A DNA stretch of 63,768 nt, counting the filler, from Octopus bimaculoides (taxonomy: Eukaryota), in assembly GCF_001194135.2 (NCBI RefSeq). It is 6 parts of 6 records of this genome, joined end to end, with 100 filler letters (N's around TTAATTAATTAA, not from the genome) between each part and the next. Parts side by side here need not be neighbours in the genome. Positions count along the whole stretch, not along the records: positions 27,075 to 43,869 come from NC_068982.1; positions 43,970 to 54,213 come from NC_068987.1; 4 more parts are not named here. One strand, 5' to 3'. The notes below the pieces were generated by a model, which was not told the DNA's origin, made no database searches, and saw only the letters and a program-made list of their open reading frames with translations. Each line of letters starts with the position of its first letter. Positions within the stretch are counted from its first letter, which is position 1. Positions 39,241-52,389 of the stretch are shown here, one piece after another. The position numbers and the translations under genes were made by a program.

Positions 39241-39605
39241 TGCTTCTCTTTANNNNNNNNNNNNNNNNNNNNNNNNNNNNNNNNNNNNNNNNNNNNNNNN
39301 NNNNNNNNNNNNNNNNNNNNNNNNNNNNNNNNNNNNNNNNNNNNNNNNNNNNNNNNNNNNNNNNNNNNNNNNNNNNNNNNNNNNNNNNNNNNNNNNNNNN
39401 NNNNNNNNNNNNNNNNNNNNNNNNNNNNNNNNNNNNNNNNNNNNNNNNNNNNNNNNNNNNNNNNNNNNNNNNNNNNNNNNNNNNNNNNNNNNNNNNNNNN
39501 NNNNNNNNNNNNNNNNNNNNNNNNNNNNNNNNNNNNNNNNNNNNNNNNNNNNNNNNNNNNNNNNNNNNNNNNNNNNNNNNNNNNNNNNNNNNNNNNNNNN
39601 NNNNN

Positions 39606-39645
<40 letters not shown>

Positions 39646-40467
39646 GAGAGCAATGAATACAAAATGAAAGAAGACAAGACAAGAAATACAATTTTAAACA
39701 AATGTATTAGCTTAACTCTTAAAAGAAAAAGAGTCACTTTCCTAGTGCTATACGTGATAATCTTAATAACACATGCTGGATAAGATTCACCTGTTGTATA
39801 TAAAATAATATGCTAAACGATTTGAAAGAACGCTCACACGCCCGCATAACTCGGAGTGTGTATAAATTCAGAGATATTTTTAATATATTTCTTTGGTGGA
39901 ATGATCTCCAGTAACAGCTTTGTCTAATAGCAAATATTCCTCGATGAGATTAATACAGTAAGCACCTGAGTTAAATACACCTAATGAAATTATTATCACC
40001 ATCACACACACGCGCGTGCGTGCACACGCACGCGCACACACACACACACACACACATACTAAGAAAAATGATGTAGTCAGAATTTTGGATAGTTATTTAT
40101 TAGCGCTATCATCTCGTTCGTTTCCGAGGCTCATCAGATATAAGTGTTTACAGAAAGGTTTGTTTATGCGTGTTACATAAATCTAGAAGAGGACGTTCTT
40201 TTGTTATCTATATGTGTGTGTATATATATATATTTTTACAGATAAATTCCTCTATTTACATAATATCGAGGTCTCTTTGTTTCTTTTGTTGTCTTTTCTA
40301 TCAAAAAGGGTCATTTTCATAGGAATTTTCAATGGCCAGATAATTGAAGAGATAGCGGCGTGGGTTTATATATATATATATGCATGGGTACATATGTGTG
40401 CGCATGTATGTGTGCTTATGTCTGCAAACAAGTGTGTGTAAACTGCGACCAAAGAGAGAGAAAAGGA

Positions 40468-40499
<32 letters not shown>

Positions 40500-41230
40500 T
40501 AAAGAAAGGGTCTCTCTGTGAGGGTTTAAACTGTATTTTATTCAGTTTTCGTCACCTTCTTGAAGTTAATGACAACGCAGGATATCAATCTTGTTCCAGT
40601 CANNNNNNNNNNNNNNNNNNNNNNNNNNNNNNNNNNNNNNNNNNNNNNNNNNNNNNNNNNNNNNNNNNNNNNNNNNNNNNNNNNNNNNNNNNNNNNNNNN
40701 NNNNNNNNNNNNNNNNNNNNNNNNNNNNNNNNNNNNNNNNNNNNNNNNNNNNNNNNNNNNNNNNNNNNNNNNNNNNNNNNNNNNNNNNNNNNNNNNNNNN
40801 NNNNNNNNNNNNNNNNNNNNNNNNNNNNNNNNNNNNNNNNNNNNNNNNNNNNNNNNNNNNNNNNNNNNNNNNNNNNNNNNNNNNNNNNNNNNNNNNNNNN
40901 NNNNNNNNNGTCAGGTGTTTCAACTGTTTGAAGATGTCAATTTTGTTTTGGCTATTGTTCTGGAGGGAACCCTCTATCTTTCTTTCTCTACATGCCTGTG
41001 TGTGTGTAAGTATGTGCGTGTGGTGAAATTTTGGCGGCTTGGTTTAAAGGAGAGAAAAAGAGAGGGAAAAGGGGAGAAAGAGAAAAAGAAAGAAAAAGAA
41101 AAAGAAAGAAAGAAAGACAGAAAGAAAGAAAGGAAAATAGGAAGAAAGACAATAAGAAAAGAGAAAGAAATGGAAAAGAAAGAAAAAAGGGGAAAGGAAG
41201 AAAAAATAATTAAAGAGGGAGGGAAAGAAG

Positions 41231-41262
<32 letters not shown>

Positions 41263-42023
41263 TAAAGAAAGGGTCTCTCTGTGAGGGTTTAAACTGTATT
41301 TTATTCAGTTTTCGTCACCTTCTTGAAGTTAATGACAACGCAGGATATCAATCTTGTTCCAGTCATTGTTTTGAAAGCATCTCTCTCTCTTTCTTTCTCT
41401 CTCTCTCTCTCTTTCTTTCTCTCTGTCTCTCTCTTTCTTTCTCTCTCTTTCTTTCTCTCTCTTTCTCTCTCTCTCTCTCTCACTTTACATAACTTCAAAC
41501 AACCTATATATACATGCAATGTGTGTGTATGTGTGCGTGTACGCGTTTGTGTGTATATATGTATGTATATTTATGTACATAGTATATGTATATAAAATAC
41601 GTTTATATTATATATATATATATATGTATGTATATATATATAAGTTCAAAAAAAGGAAAAAGACAAAAAACAACAAGGAAAGTCCAAAGAAGGGAAAAGC
41701 GGAGGAAGAAATGTNNNNNNNNNNAAAAAATTAAGATGTATAAGTGAGAGGCATGGAATTGATTGCCTCGTGTTTATATATTTTAGTCTTAGGTGTACCT
41801 GTTGAAAACGACTTCACCTAGCAAATTATCTTAATTACTAAACAAAAGTCAGAAACCAATTGGTCCAGGAGAAAAAAATGGTAAAAGGTTTTAGTTTTCA
41901 TTTCGTTCCTTTCGGAATTTTATCCCTAATTTTGTGGTTCTAGAACCTAGCAGTTCTTTCTAGCATAAGGAATCTCATTAGTGGATTCCTCTTATGTATT
42001 TAAATTTACACTGCACCTTATGA

Positions 42024-42059
<36 letters not shown>

Positions 42060-42251
42060 NNNNNNNNNNATATATACATAATAATATTAGGGACAAAATC
42101 CAAAATTACAGGTAAAAACACCTGAAAAGGCAAGGAAGATAATCTTGATAGAGTTTACAGTCCCATGGGAAGAAGGGTGTGATCACGTGACCATCGTCCA
42201 TCTTTCTTTTCCTCAAGTGACCATCTTTCTTATATACATATATATATATAA

Positions 42252-42640
42252 ACATCTGAAACGGCACGGAAGATAATCTGGATAGAGTTTACAGTCCCAT
42301 GGGACGAAGGGTGTGATCAGGTCAACGAATGAAAGTGCATTATATACGAGAGCCTTCTGCAGGATTTCAGGGAGAACGGGTGACAGTCATGGTTTTTCCC
42401 TGTCGATGTTGGCTGTAGGGCATTTGATGATCAGTCGTTACGGAGGATGCTTGCAGCCATTGGTATGAGAGGAAAAGAGCGAAGGATGACTGTGTGCGGG
42501 ACGGGAGAGGCAACAGAAAGAGTCTCTTGCTGGTTATAGAGCAAGATAAGTCGGAAGCCACGGGGAAATGATAAGCAGTAATTTAGCCACTTCTGCTGAC
42601 CCACCAATAAAAGGGTGCTACGATTCATCCTGGCCAAACT
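42252..42640 (+). pseudogene. Hero-like (REL) LINE 3' end
   Basis: KIIWIEFTVPWDEGCDQVNE*K..YESL...G*QSWFFPVDVGCRAF..QSLRRML..IG..GKERR...EATERVSCWL* matches the Hero pattern ELTVPWEE...ERK..KY..L...GW....PVEVGCRGF...AAE.AS.WLW. Confidence 0.8.
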
Positions 42641-43774
42641 CTATTCAATTTTGTGAGTGGAAAAGTAGCACCTTCTTCTAGGTGTTATTAATAACATTTA
42701 CGTATATTAATGCATGTCGGTTATTTGGGATAAGATAATCGAGGGATACACTTCTATAGACAATGGCTTCAAATGGAGAAAAAATCCGCAAATTCCATTT
42801 CCGTCGTTCAGTATGGCTGGTATGCTGTGATATTTTTATTCTGTGGTTGCCATTTATTTCAATTCCATGGCGACTATTCAAGCGTTATGTTTATAGATAT
42901 GTCCTTTATTAATGATTTAGCCATGTATGCAATTTAGTGTATCCACACAGCCATCCGTGGAATTGTCTAGAATATTAATAGCGGCCATGTTTATAAACAT
43001 AACTCGTAAATAGTCACTATGGAATTGTTGAAACAATTGTCAAACATGAAAGAAAAAAATATAAAGTCCAATCTATAATTTTTATTATATATTCATGTAT
43101 ATATGAATGTTGTATACATACATACAGAGAAGGACTTAGACACGTGTGTTGAACGTAATGTATTCTGATTGGTTCAATCTGAGTCGTAAAATTAAAAAGA
43201 ACTCGTTAAATAGTGGGCAGTATTTTAGAATATTCAGAATCATCACCATATTATATATGATAAATACGGAGCAGAGTGAAACAGCTTAGGAAAATCGCTA
43301 TAACCTAATATAAAAGAATGAAATTATTTAGCTCTGGGACAAGTTTCTGAAAACCTATCCTGTGACACTCTTCACCAGCAAATTTCAACAAAATGAATAA
43401 TGAAAAAACAAAATACAAGAAAAAACAGTTGTCATTGCCAGATACTACCTGAGGGACAGGATACACCTTTTCACCGGTCACGGTTTCGAACGAAGGGAGA
43501 CTTAGTAAGGAATCTAGTAAAATGATGGAGAATGGTTTTTGGACCGACATATTTTGTTCAGGAAAATACCCTAAGAGAACTTAACTATATAACAAGAATC
43601 TGACAGTTGCATATGTAAACCCTAGAAACTCTGACACGTTGATCTTTAGTGGACTTTGTCAGGGGTGTCGAAGCAAAGGACAAGGGTGTTCAGCATTTCC
43701 TGCTTCAAACATGAAAATACAGCGTTGCAAACGCACAGATAAACACATGCACTCTCACATACACAGCACACGCA

Positions 43775-43811
<37 letters not shown>

Positions 43812-44149
43812 CCGCGCGCGTGCGTATACAAACATACATAGATACATACATATACAGGATTTGAAGCTTNNNNNNNNNNNNNNNNNNNNNNNNNNNNNNN
43901 NNNNNNNNNNNNNTTAATTAATTAANNNNNNNNNNNNNNNNNNNNNNNNNNNNNNNNNNNNNNNNNNNNGTTGATCAGGTCTCTGCAAATTTATTAAATA
44001 AATCGAAAGTTGATTAACCCTGTCATATATATTTCTTAACATGTAGAATAAAGTAATGTGAAAAGAAAAGGAAACAAAAAAAAAAAACCAATGCATACTC
44101 ATAAATATAAGTGTGTATGTGTGTGTGTGTGTATGTATGTACGCGGGAG

Positions 44150-44269
<120 letters not shown>

Positions 44270-44824
44270 ACGGTGCGTACGAGGTGGCAATTCTGTGTGT
44301 GTATATAATTACGTATACACACACAAACACTTTCTCTCTGTCCTTCTCTCTCTCCTCCCTCCCCTCCCCCCTCTCTCTCTCTCACACACACTCAAATGTA
44401 CTTGACGTCATAAGAAGTTAGAAGCTTCCAGAGCATGAAATATTCCTTCTTAAGAATAGTCACTCTCGGAGGAAATAAACCTAAAAATAATAGCGTTTAA
44501 CTATTGGGCTAAAATCCTTTGGTTAAAGGAAGACGAAATGTATGTATGTATGTATGTATGCATGTATGCATGTATGTGTGTACGTAAGATATGTATGTAT
44601 GTATACATATATGTATGCATGCATATGTGAAGAGTTGGTTGTCTAACAAGTTTTTTGATAGGGCTTAGAAAAACTGAAGGACTACCGCAAAATATATGTG
44701 AATCTGAGAGAGTTATATGTTGAGTAAAATCCTAATTAACTAAACTTTTGTTTTCTTTTACCTAATGGCAGGAATCCCTCATATATGTAAATGTGTAGGT
44801 ACGTATATATATGTATGTCTATCT

Positions 44825-45000
44825 CATTATATTCTTTTTATTCTTTTACTTGTTTCAGTCAGTTGACTGCTGCCATGCTGGAGCACCGTCTTTAGTCAAA
44901 CAAATTGACCTCAAGACTTATTCTTTGCAAACCGAATACTTATTCTATCGGTCTCGTTTGCTGAACCGCTACGTTACGGGGATGTAAACACACCCATAAA
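44825..45000 (-). mobile_element. SINE family B 3' part
   Basis: TATTCTTTTACTTGTTTCAGTCAGTTGACTGC...CATGCTGGAGCACCG...GAACCGCTACGTTACGGGGATGTAAACACACC. Confidence 0.85.
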
Positions 45001-45515
45001 CGAAGAAAGAAGCAGACAGTGTAATCCTAAATTTAGCAGAAGGTGGCTTGCTCAGAAATGGAATGGATTTGATCATTGGATAGAGGGATAAGAATGGCAA
45101 TAACAGGAACTTTATCATCAAAAATTGCAAGAAACACAGATAAAACAATGACAACAAAAAGAGCAACTAGCACAGCATTAACAATAAAAGTCATACTATA
45201 TAAATCGCACACAAACACGTCTGCATAGCCTGCCCTGAGCTACACATTATAATAACATTATTAGACGGTAATATATACACAGTAGAAAAATAGACGTTAT
45301 ATAAGAACTTGAGAGTAAGTTCACAACAAAGAAACGTACGGACGAACAATATTTCATTACAGAAGTAGATAACTTCAGTTTAAGGGGCTGCAAGAAGATG
45401 ATGAGATAACACAAGCATATGAAGCGGAAATGCTGGTCCCTCTTTCTCTCTCCGTGTCTTTCTCTCTATCTATCTACCTACCTATCTCTCCCTCCCTATC
45501 TCTCTCTTTCTCTCG

Positions 45516-45598
<83 letters not shown>

Positions 45599-45892
45599 GT
45601 AAGTGTGTGTATGTGTGTGTGTCGCTCTCGATATATATAGTCAGAGAAAGAGAGAGAAGAGAGAAAGATAGAGAGAGAGAGAGAGAAAGTAAGAGGAAGC
45701 AATTGGAAACAGGTAACAAACAAGATGGAAGCGAATATTATCAATTAATAGGAAATACACCAAACATTCAATATAATATTGAATGAGGAGAATGCTAAAT
45801 GTCATTGCATTAGAGTTGCCATTTAATACAATTATTGTGTATGTAACCAGCTACACGTATCAATATTGTATTGAAGGTGGAAAACAAGTAGA

Positions 45893-46318
45893 AGGAATAA
45901 CACGCCGGAAAAATGCTTAGCGACATTTCATCCGTCTCCACGTTCTGAGTTTAAATTTCATCGATGTCGACTTTTCCATTCATCCCCTCGAGATCGATAA
46001 GATAAGAACCAGTTGAGCATTGGGGTGCATTTAATCGACCTACCTCCTCCCACGAAATTGCTACCTTTGTGCCAATATTTGAAACCAATATACCATGCAA
46101 GTATAAGGCGGCGAGCTGACAGAATTGTTCGCATGTTACACAAGTGCTCACTGTCATTTCGTCCACCTTGACGTCCTGAATTCAAATTACGTCTAGGAGG
46201 ACTTCGCCTTGCATCCTATGAAGATCGATAAAATAAATACCAGTTGAGCACTAGGGTCGATGTAGTCGACTTAATCCCTCCCTACCTCCAAATTGCTGAC
46301 CTTGAGGTAATGTTTGAG
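45893..46318 (+). mobile_element. Two adjacent diverged SINE family A copies (about 45893-46090 and 46108-46318)
   Basis: Two GTCGAT..ATAA..ACCAGTTGAGCA central blocks. The second has a GGCGGCGAGCTGACAGAA head. Confidence 0.8.
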
Positions 46319-46380
46319 CGCAACATATTATGTATATACATATGTGTGTATAGGAAGCTGTCTATATCGAAGTATGTGTG

Positions 46381-46685
46381 GAGGCGCAATGGCCCAGTGG
46401 TTAGGGCAGCGGACTCGCGGTCATAGGATTGCGGTTTCGATTCCCAGACCGGGCGTTGTGAGTGTTTATTGAGCGAAAACACCTAAAGCTCCACGAGGCT
46501 CCGGCAGGGGATGGTGGCGAACCCTGCTGTACTCTTTCGCCACAGATTTCTCTCACTCTTTCTTCCTGTTTCTGTTGTACCTGTATTTCAAAGGGCCAGC
46601 CTTGTCACACTGTGTCACGGGCTCTTCCGTTGATCGTATCAACTGGAACCCTCGACGTCGTAAGCGACGGAGTGCCAACAACAAC
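46381..46685 (+). mobile_element. SINE family D with 17-bp TSD and ~70-nt internal deletion
   Basis: ATATCGAAGTATGTGTG at 46364-46380 and 46686-46702; A-box TGGCCCAGTGG, B-box-like GGTTTCGATTCC; (ACA)n tail. Confidence 0.92.
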
Positions 46686-47012
46686 ATATCGAAGTATGTG
46701 TGTTTCATGAAGTACATGCAAACACACGCAGAGAGAGAGAGAGAGAGAGAGAGANNNNNNNNNNAGCGAGAGAGAAAGAAAGAGAGAAAGAGAGAAAGAA
46801 AGAGAGAAAGAGAGAAAGAAAGCGAGAGAGAGAGAAAGAAAAACAGAAAGGGAGAGAGAGAGGGAGAGAGAGAGAGGGAGAGAGAGAGAGGGAGAGAGAG
46901 AAATACTTGAAGCGTCATTTACAATGAAGAAAGGAATGGAAAAATAACTTTAATACTGGAAAGACTAATTCACGAGAGAGGAATTTTCTTCAATTATACT
47001 CACATACTCACA

Positions 47013-47048
<36 letters not shown>

Positions 47049-47229
47049 CTCTGACACACACACACACACACACGCGCGCGCGCACACACAGATTATATGC
47101 TATGTTTGGTTGTGTCCAAGACCATCACGTGCAATGCAACACAGAGCAGGTTGATAATATATACATTGTGCTTAAATTGTTAAAAATGCAACACTTTCAA
47201 GAAAAGACCTGATGAATGAAGTAGACCCC

Positions 47230-47660
47230 AAGGGCCAACGTTCTGAGGACGACGAACTGGTCATCGTGTTATTGTAGGAACAGCTGGATTTCGTACATGA
47301 GTGATGAGAAGAAAGAAATGTGAGTTATGAGTGAGAAAGAGAAGATTGTGAGACAGAGGCTGCAACTTGTCTTTGGGTGATTGCATACAATCAGACAAGA
47401 GGAGTCTTACTGTATAGTATGATCTAAGATGCCTTAGTGTGTAGCAACTTCACCGTCTCAGATGTTCGAGTACTACACGCTCCCTCATTTGAGCATTTTT
47501 GAGGGTCCGTAGTTGCTGGAGAATGATTTGTTGCTCCAAAATTTTCCGTCGTCTACAGTTGGCATGAGCCTAACCACTGCAACTAGATGAAAGAACTGTG
47601 TCCTATAGTCAGTATCGGACAGATTCTTTTCGGACAATGATTGATGTGTAACCCTGAATG
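47230..47660 (-). mobile_element. Possible degenerate RTE-type endonuclease region
   Basis: Only weak remnants (F.SL..I..VP..D.FVVL). Confidence 0.25.
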
Positions 47661-48338
47661 GTAAACCTAACCAATTTTACTCTTATATTTTCCTCTACAC
47701 TTGCTCAAACATTTTGCTTTGTGAATCTCTCATACAAACACACAAACACACACACGCGAGCACGCGCACGCACGAACACAAACGCGCGCACACGCGCGCA
47801 CACACACAAGCGCAAACTCACACACATACAGTCACTCAATGTAATACTACGCAAGTGTACACAAAAGTTTATTTTGGTTCATTACATATAAAACATACCT
47901 ACACGGATTAGCTAACTTACATTAGTTAATATCTATTCAAATACAAAGAATAAGAGTTATATTAGTCTTATTCCATTATTGTAAGTCAAATATTTTCGTT
48001 CACATTGACGTACACGCATTAAAGCCAGACGTTACTCGAGACTTACTATGACTTGATAACACGCGCCGTGCATTCGGTAATTGTTTTGAATGACGAAAGT
48101 CTCATGCAGTCGTCTTCTGGGCCAAGCCAACTATCTTAAAGTGACACATCCAAGATATCATAGCTGCAAGAAGAGAGCGATCCACCACACCCGGTAAGTA
48201 TACGTTACAAGTGAGTAGGCCTGAGATAGTTTCTTTCTGCATAACACAATGAAACAGTCAGTGCAGGAAGCGAACTCACAACTGTACAATCCTGAACCAA
48301 ATTACCCATATCACTTCACTATGCGTCAAAGGAACATT

Positions 48339-48479
48339 GGTTTCAAATTTTGACACAATGCCAGGAATTGGAGGGAAGAGTTCTAATCGATTATATCGAC
48401 CCCGGTGTTCAACTGTACTTAATGTATCGAACCCCGAAAGGATGAAAGGGAAAGTCGACCTCGGCGGAATTTGAAACCA
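48339..48479 (-). mobile_element. SINE family A 3'/central fragment
   Basis: CCCCGAAAGGATGAAAGGGAAAGTCGACCTCGGCGGAATTTGAA. Confidence 0.85.
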
Positions 48480-49370
48480 TACGTCAAAGGAATATTGAAA
48501 AAGAAAAGGTACGAATGTAATTACTGCAAACTTGCTATAACAAATAAGCAAGCCACAAATATCAATCAGTAAAATTTACATATTGTATAATACTGGGCTA
48601 TATTTTTAAAACAAATTTGCATTTCGCATGAATGGTGTCCACCGCATCTGCGATTCGGGCGTTGATTTTATAACAGCTTTTAGAATTTGCATATCACGCT
48701 GTTATTTTCAGGAACTAATTTTCAAATTTTAACAATATAGTGTATAAAAATTGCACATAATAGAATATTAAATTAGCTTAATATAGTCACTTTAGTTGTT
48801 TTATTAGGAAGAATTAAATATGTTCACATATACTGAGGTACATTATTAAGTTTATTTTTGTTATGAAAATTAGATAGTTTTTATAATATTTTTAGCAATT
48901 AGCATATTCTACTATATAATTGTGATCATACTCGCACTAACTCATCATGAAAAATAATAATATACATCAAATATCACTGAAATGTGACACATAATAGTAA
49001 GCAGCGCAATATTGTTAGATGAAATGCGTCACCCAGCCGATAAATTCTATTTGTTTCATGTTAAATCACAAGAAATAATCACATAACAAGAAATAAAAAC
49101 ATCACTTAACGATTATTTTATAACTCAAAGTTTCAAAATGCTTTCCGTCCTTCACTAAACAATAGCTTACAACTTTACTCAAGCAAGCCTTGTAATTTCA
49201 AGATTTCTCACTCTTTTCCTTGTGTGACTAATACGAAACAAACTAGACAGTTGGCCCTGTTTTATTTTACTGCCGGATATTTTTTTTTTGAATACGTGAA
49301 AAGANNNNNNNNNNTAGTTAGTGTTTTATTAAAATACACAAACATATATGTGTGTGTGTATGTGTGTGTG

Positions 49371-49707
49371 GTGAAGGTGCATGGCTCAGTGGTTAGAGCG
49401 TCGAGCTTACGATCGCGAGGTTGTGAGTTCGAATCCCAGGCCGGGCTGCGTGTTGTGTTCTTGAGCAAGACACTTCAGTTCACGTTGCTCCAGTTCACTC
49501 AGCTGTAGAAATGAGTTGCGACTTCACTGGTGCCAAGCTGTATCAGCCTTTGCCTTTCTCTTGGATAACACTGGTGGCGTGGAGAGGGGAGGCCAGTATG
49601 CATGGGCGACTGCTGGTCTTCCATAAAACAACCTTGCCCAGACTTGTACCTGGGAGGGTAACTTTCTAGGTGCAATCCCATGGTCAGTCATGACCGAAGG
49701 GGGTCTC
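49371..49707 (+). mobile_element. CORE-like SINE with tRNA head and a 3' tail different from family C
   Basis: A-box TGGCTCAGTGG (49382), B-box GAGTTCGAATCC (49426), GTGTTCTTGAGCAAGACACTTCAGTTCACGTTGCTCCAGTTCACTCAGCTGTAGAAATGAGT, then a unique tail. Confidence 0.88.
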
Positions 49708-50340
49708 AGCAATGTGTGTGTGTCTGCGTGCGTGCGTGCGTGCGTACGTGGTATGAAGTTCAAAATGTAGTATTTCTACTCCATCAGTTAAGGAAATAAA
49801 GATATTACTTTAATAAAGAAAAAAAAAAGCACAAAAATCCGGACAAAGTTCAAAGGGACCATGGAAAAAAGAGAATTCAATTCAGATTCTGCAATCATAT
49901 TTTGATCATTACACATTCAAAGACGAGACATGCAGCAATAACATCGACGTTAATCTTCAATACTTAATGACGAGTACCATCAATTACAAATAAATGAAAT
50001 ATTCTATCTAAAGCAAAACCTTATATTAACTGGTGAAAACGATATTCCCTGTACTCGTTAAAAAAACCGTAACCTCCACACAAAACAAAATTAAGCCTAG
50101 GGCCAGCATGTTTACTAGAAGAGAGATCGTCCACCATGTCCGTTTATTGCAAAATTCATCTAACTGGGAATAAAAGATAAACCAATGGATACATCATAAT
50201 GCATCTCCACAGTTGGTTTAATCAATTTTTAATATTTATAAAACACTGATTATATTTCCTGTGCAGATAATTATCACCATTTTATTTCTCTTTCCTTTTT
50301 TTTTCGAAATGCACGTGCTCATTCAAATGTTGCTCGAAAA

Positions 50341-50405
50341 TTAGGTTCACTGGCAATGAACAGGTAGCACCGTAGTACATCTCCAGCGTTAGAAGCTGTG
50401 CAAAG

Positions 50406-50475
<70 letters not shown>

Positions 50476-50493
50476 TAATAATAATAATAATAA
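50341..50493 (+). mobile_element. 3'UTR-only copy of the 16.3-17.5 kb R4-like LINE with (CAA)n(TAA)n tail
   Basis: GTTCACTGG..TGAACAG...GTAGTACATCTCCAG.GTTAGAAGCTGTGCAAAGACAA is shared with 17475-17540. Confidence 0.85.
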
Positions 50494-50616
50494 GGTAGGT
50501 ATATGTGTGTATGTATTAGGAAAGGTGTCAGAGAGCGACGACAAAGAATTTGCTAGGAAAATAGACTATATCACACACCATCGGCCCAGTTAAGCTCCAC
50601 CACTTAGGTTGTTCAC

Positions 50617-50748
50617 CTGCTATCTTCACAATTCCGATATCTTCCGACAATATATTATTCAATTTTCCGTTGTCAGCAATATGAGCTTTTGGAATGTAAC
50701 GAAAGAAATATGATATACGTTCAAGAACAGAAAGCATTATAATAAGTA
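50617..50748 (-). CDS. Candidate 132-nt phase 1-1 exon, unidentified protein
   Basis: TTTCTGTTACAG| ... GCAG|GTGAAC; the only open frame gives LIIMLSVLERISYFFRYIPKAHIADNGKLNNILSEDIGIVKIA. No homology recognised. Confidence 0.25.
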
Positions 50749-51449
50749 CTGTAACAGAAATTATGAGGGCTGCAGACTAAACATTAAATATAAACGAGTT
50801 GCAAGGAGAATAGGGGAAAACTACAAAATGAAACGACGATATAGACAAAGAAAATCAGAGAAAAATAGAAATAGACATAGACACACAGAAATATACATAG
50901 AATCGCTTTCGAATTAGTCTCAAAAATACAGCATGTTATGCCAAGTAATCCTAGTGTAAAAATAGTTGAAATATCTACTAACCGGGATTTACAAACAAGT
51001 AATTCCTTCTACATCCATATTAATCCCTTTACCTAATTCTTCTTATTGAACTACCAACTGACTTTCTTAAATGTCACCTCTTTAGAATTACGTCCCTATG
51101 GCGACTTGCCTGAGAAATAAGCTACATATCAAAAGAACTGCTCTTAGATTGATTTAGTAATATAAACCCTTGGCAGAATATCAAAAAAACGAGTTCCTAA
51201 TGATATATTTTAACTGTTTGGAAAGACAGATAGATCTTCTCCTTCGAATAACACAACCCAGTATAAGCGACCTAGTATTGTAGAAATATAGCATCAAAGT
51301 ATTATTAATAATGATAACAAATAATAAAGACACCTACCGACAGATACCTAGATACTAAAAGGTATCTATACACATCCAGAATGCGAAGAGCTAGAAAAAA
51401 AAAATGCAACATGAGAAACGACAACAGCAACAATAGTAACAAAAATAAT

Positions 51450-51856
51450 ACCAAATTTTAGCGCAAGGCCAAACACTTCGTGGGAGCGGCTAAATCAATT
51501 ACATTCATCCCATTAATCAAATGGTACTTATTTTATCGAACCAGAAAGGATGACTGGCAAAGTCGGACTAAGAATGTAAGGACGGTCGAAATGCAGCCCA
51601 TTACTTTGTCAGAGCAAGACTTTGGAGAAGCGAAATGGAAATAACAATCCTTTTTGTTATAGACACAAACCCTGATGTTTTCGCAGGAATAGATAAGTAG
51701 ATTACATCAATCTCAGTGTTCGGCTGGTACTTATTTCATAAAACTCCGGAAAGTAAAGTCGACTTCGGAGAAACTTGAACTCAAAACGTGAGGACGGACG
51801 AAATGTCGGTAAGCATTTTGTCCACTGTGCTAATGATTCTACCAGATCGCCGCCTT
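51450..51856 (-). mobile_element. Two diverged SINE family A copies (about 51450-51600 and 51655-51856)
   Basis: TGGTACTTATTTTATCGA..AAAGGATGA..GCAAAGTCG; second copy ends ...CTACCAGATCGCCGCC. Confidence 0.75.
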
Positions 51857-51864
51857 AATAACAG

Positions 51865-51935
<71 letters not shown>

Positions 51936-52037
51936 GTATATNNNNNNNNNNNNNNNNNNNNNNNNNNNNNNNNNNNNNNNNNNNNNNNNNNNNNNNNNNN
52001 NNNNNNNNNNNNNNNNNNNNNNNNNNNNNNNNNNNNN

Positions 52038-52085
<48 letters not shown>

Positions 52086-52139
52086 CATACATCACAACTG
52101 CAGTCAGCACCAAAGCGATTACAATCTCCCATCCTCATC

Positions 52140-52231
52140 ATCTCAACACCACCACCATCACCACTACTACGACGACGACCATCATCACCACCACAACCAC
52201 GAACAACAACAACAACAACAACAACAACACA

Positions 52232-52287
<56 letters not shown>

Positions 52288-52290
52288 ATC
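52140..52290. repeat. Compound (CAC/CAA/TAC)n microsatellite
   Basis: Direct reading. Confidence 0.95.
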
Positions 52291-52389
52291 TAACCAGCAG
52301 TACCACCAAAACGACCAAAATGCCCCTCCCCAAAGTATTTTAACTCCTAAATTCGAATCTATTTATCTATCTATCTTGATAGATACATA

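Noticed and set aside
40105-40145. Minus-strand CTGATGAGCCTCGGAAACGAACGAG, hammerhead-like
   Set aside because: No helix II can form and there is no UH cleavage site. At best a decayed remnant. Similar partial motifs at 19050-19065 (CGGAAACAGCTGTAA, minus) and 37290-37325 (CTGACGAGGG, minus) are also incomplete.
40470-41364. Exact ~135-bp direct repeat (40470-40602 and 41232-41364)
   Set aside because: The first copy ends exactly at a gap and the copies are identical, so this is most likely a contig-overlap artefact.
20298-41400. Cadherin-like words FLTDPQTGLMT (about 20340) and LLEVNDNA (about 41325)
   Set aside because: They are isolated, far apart, and lack the DRE/A.D.G.P context and the final Pro. 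The second lies in the artefactually duplicated segment.
42764-42913. 49-aa ORF with FILWLPF resembling GPCR TM6 (CWxP)
   Set aside because: No TM7/NPxxY, no convincing splice sites, and the Cys is missing; likely chance in T-rich DNA.
49371-49445. tRNA-like sequences with A/B boxes (also 46381)
   Set aside because: They continue into multi-copy SINE bodies and lack a proper acceptor stem, so they are SINE heads, not tRNA genes.
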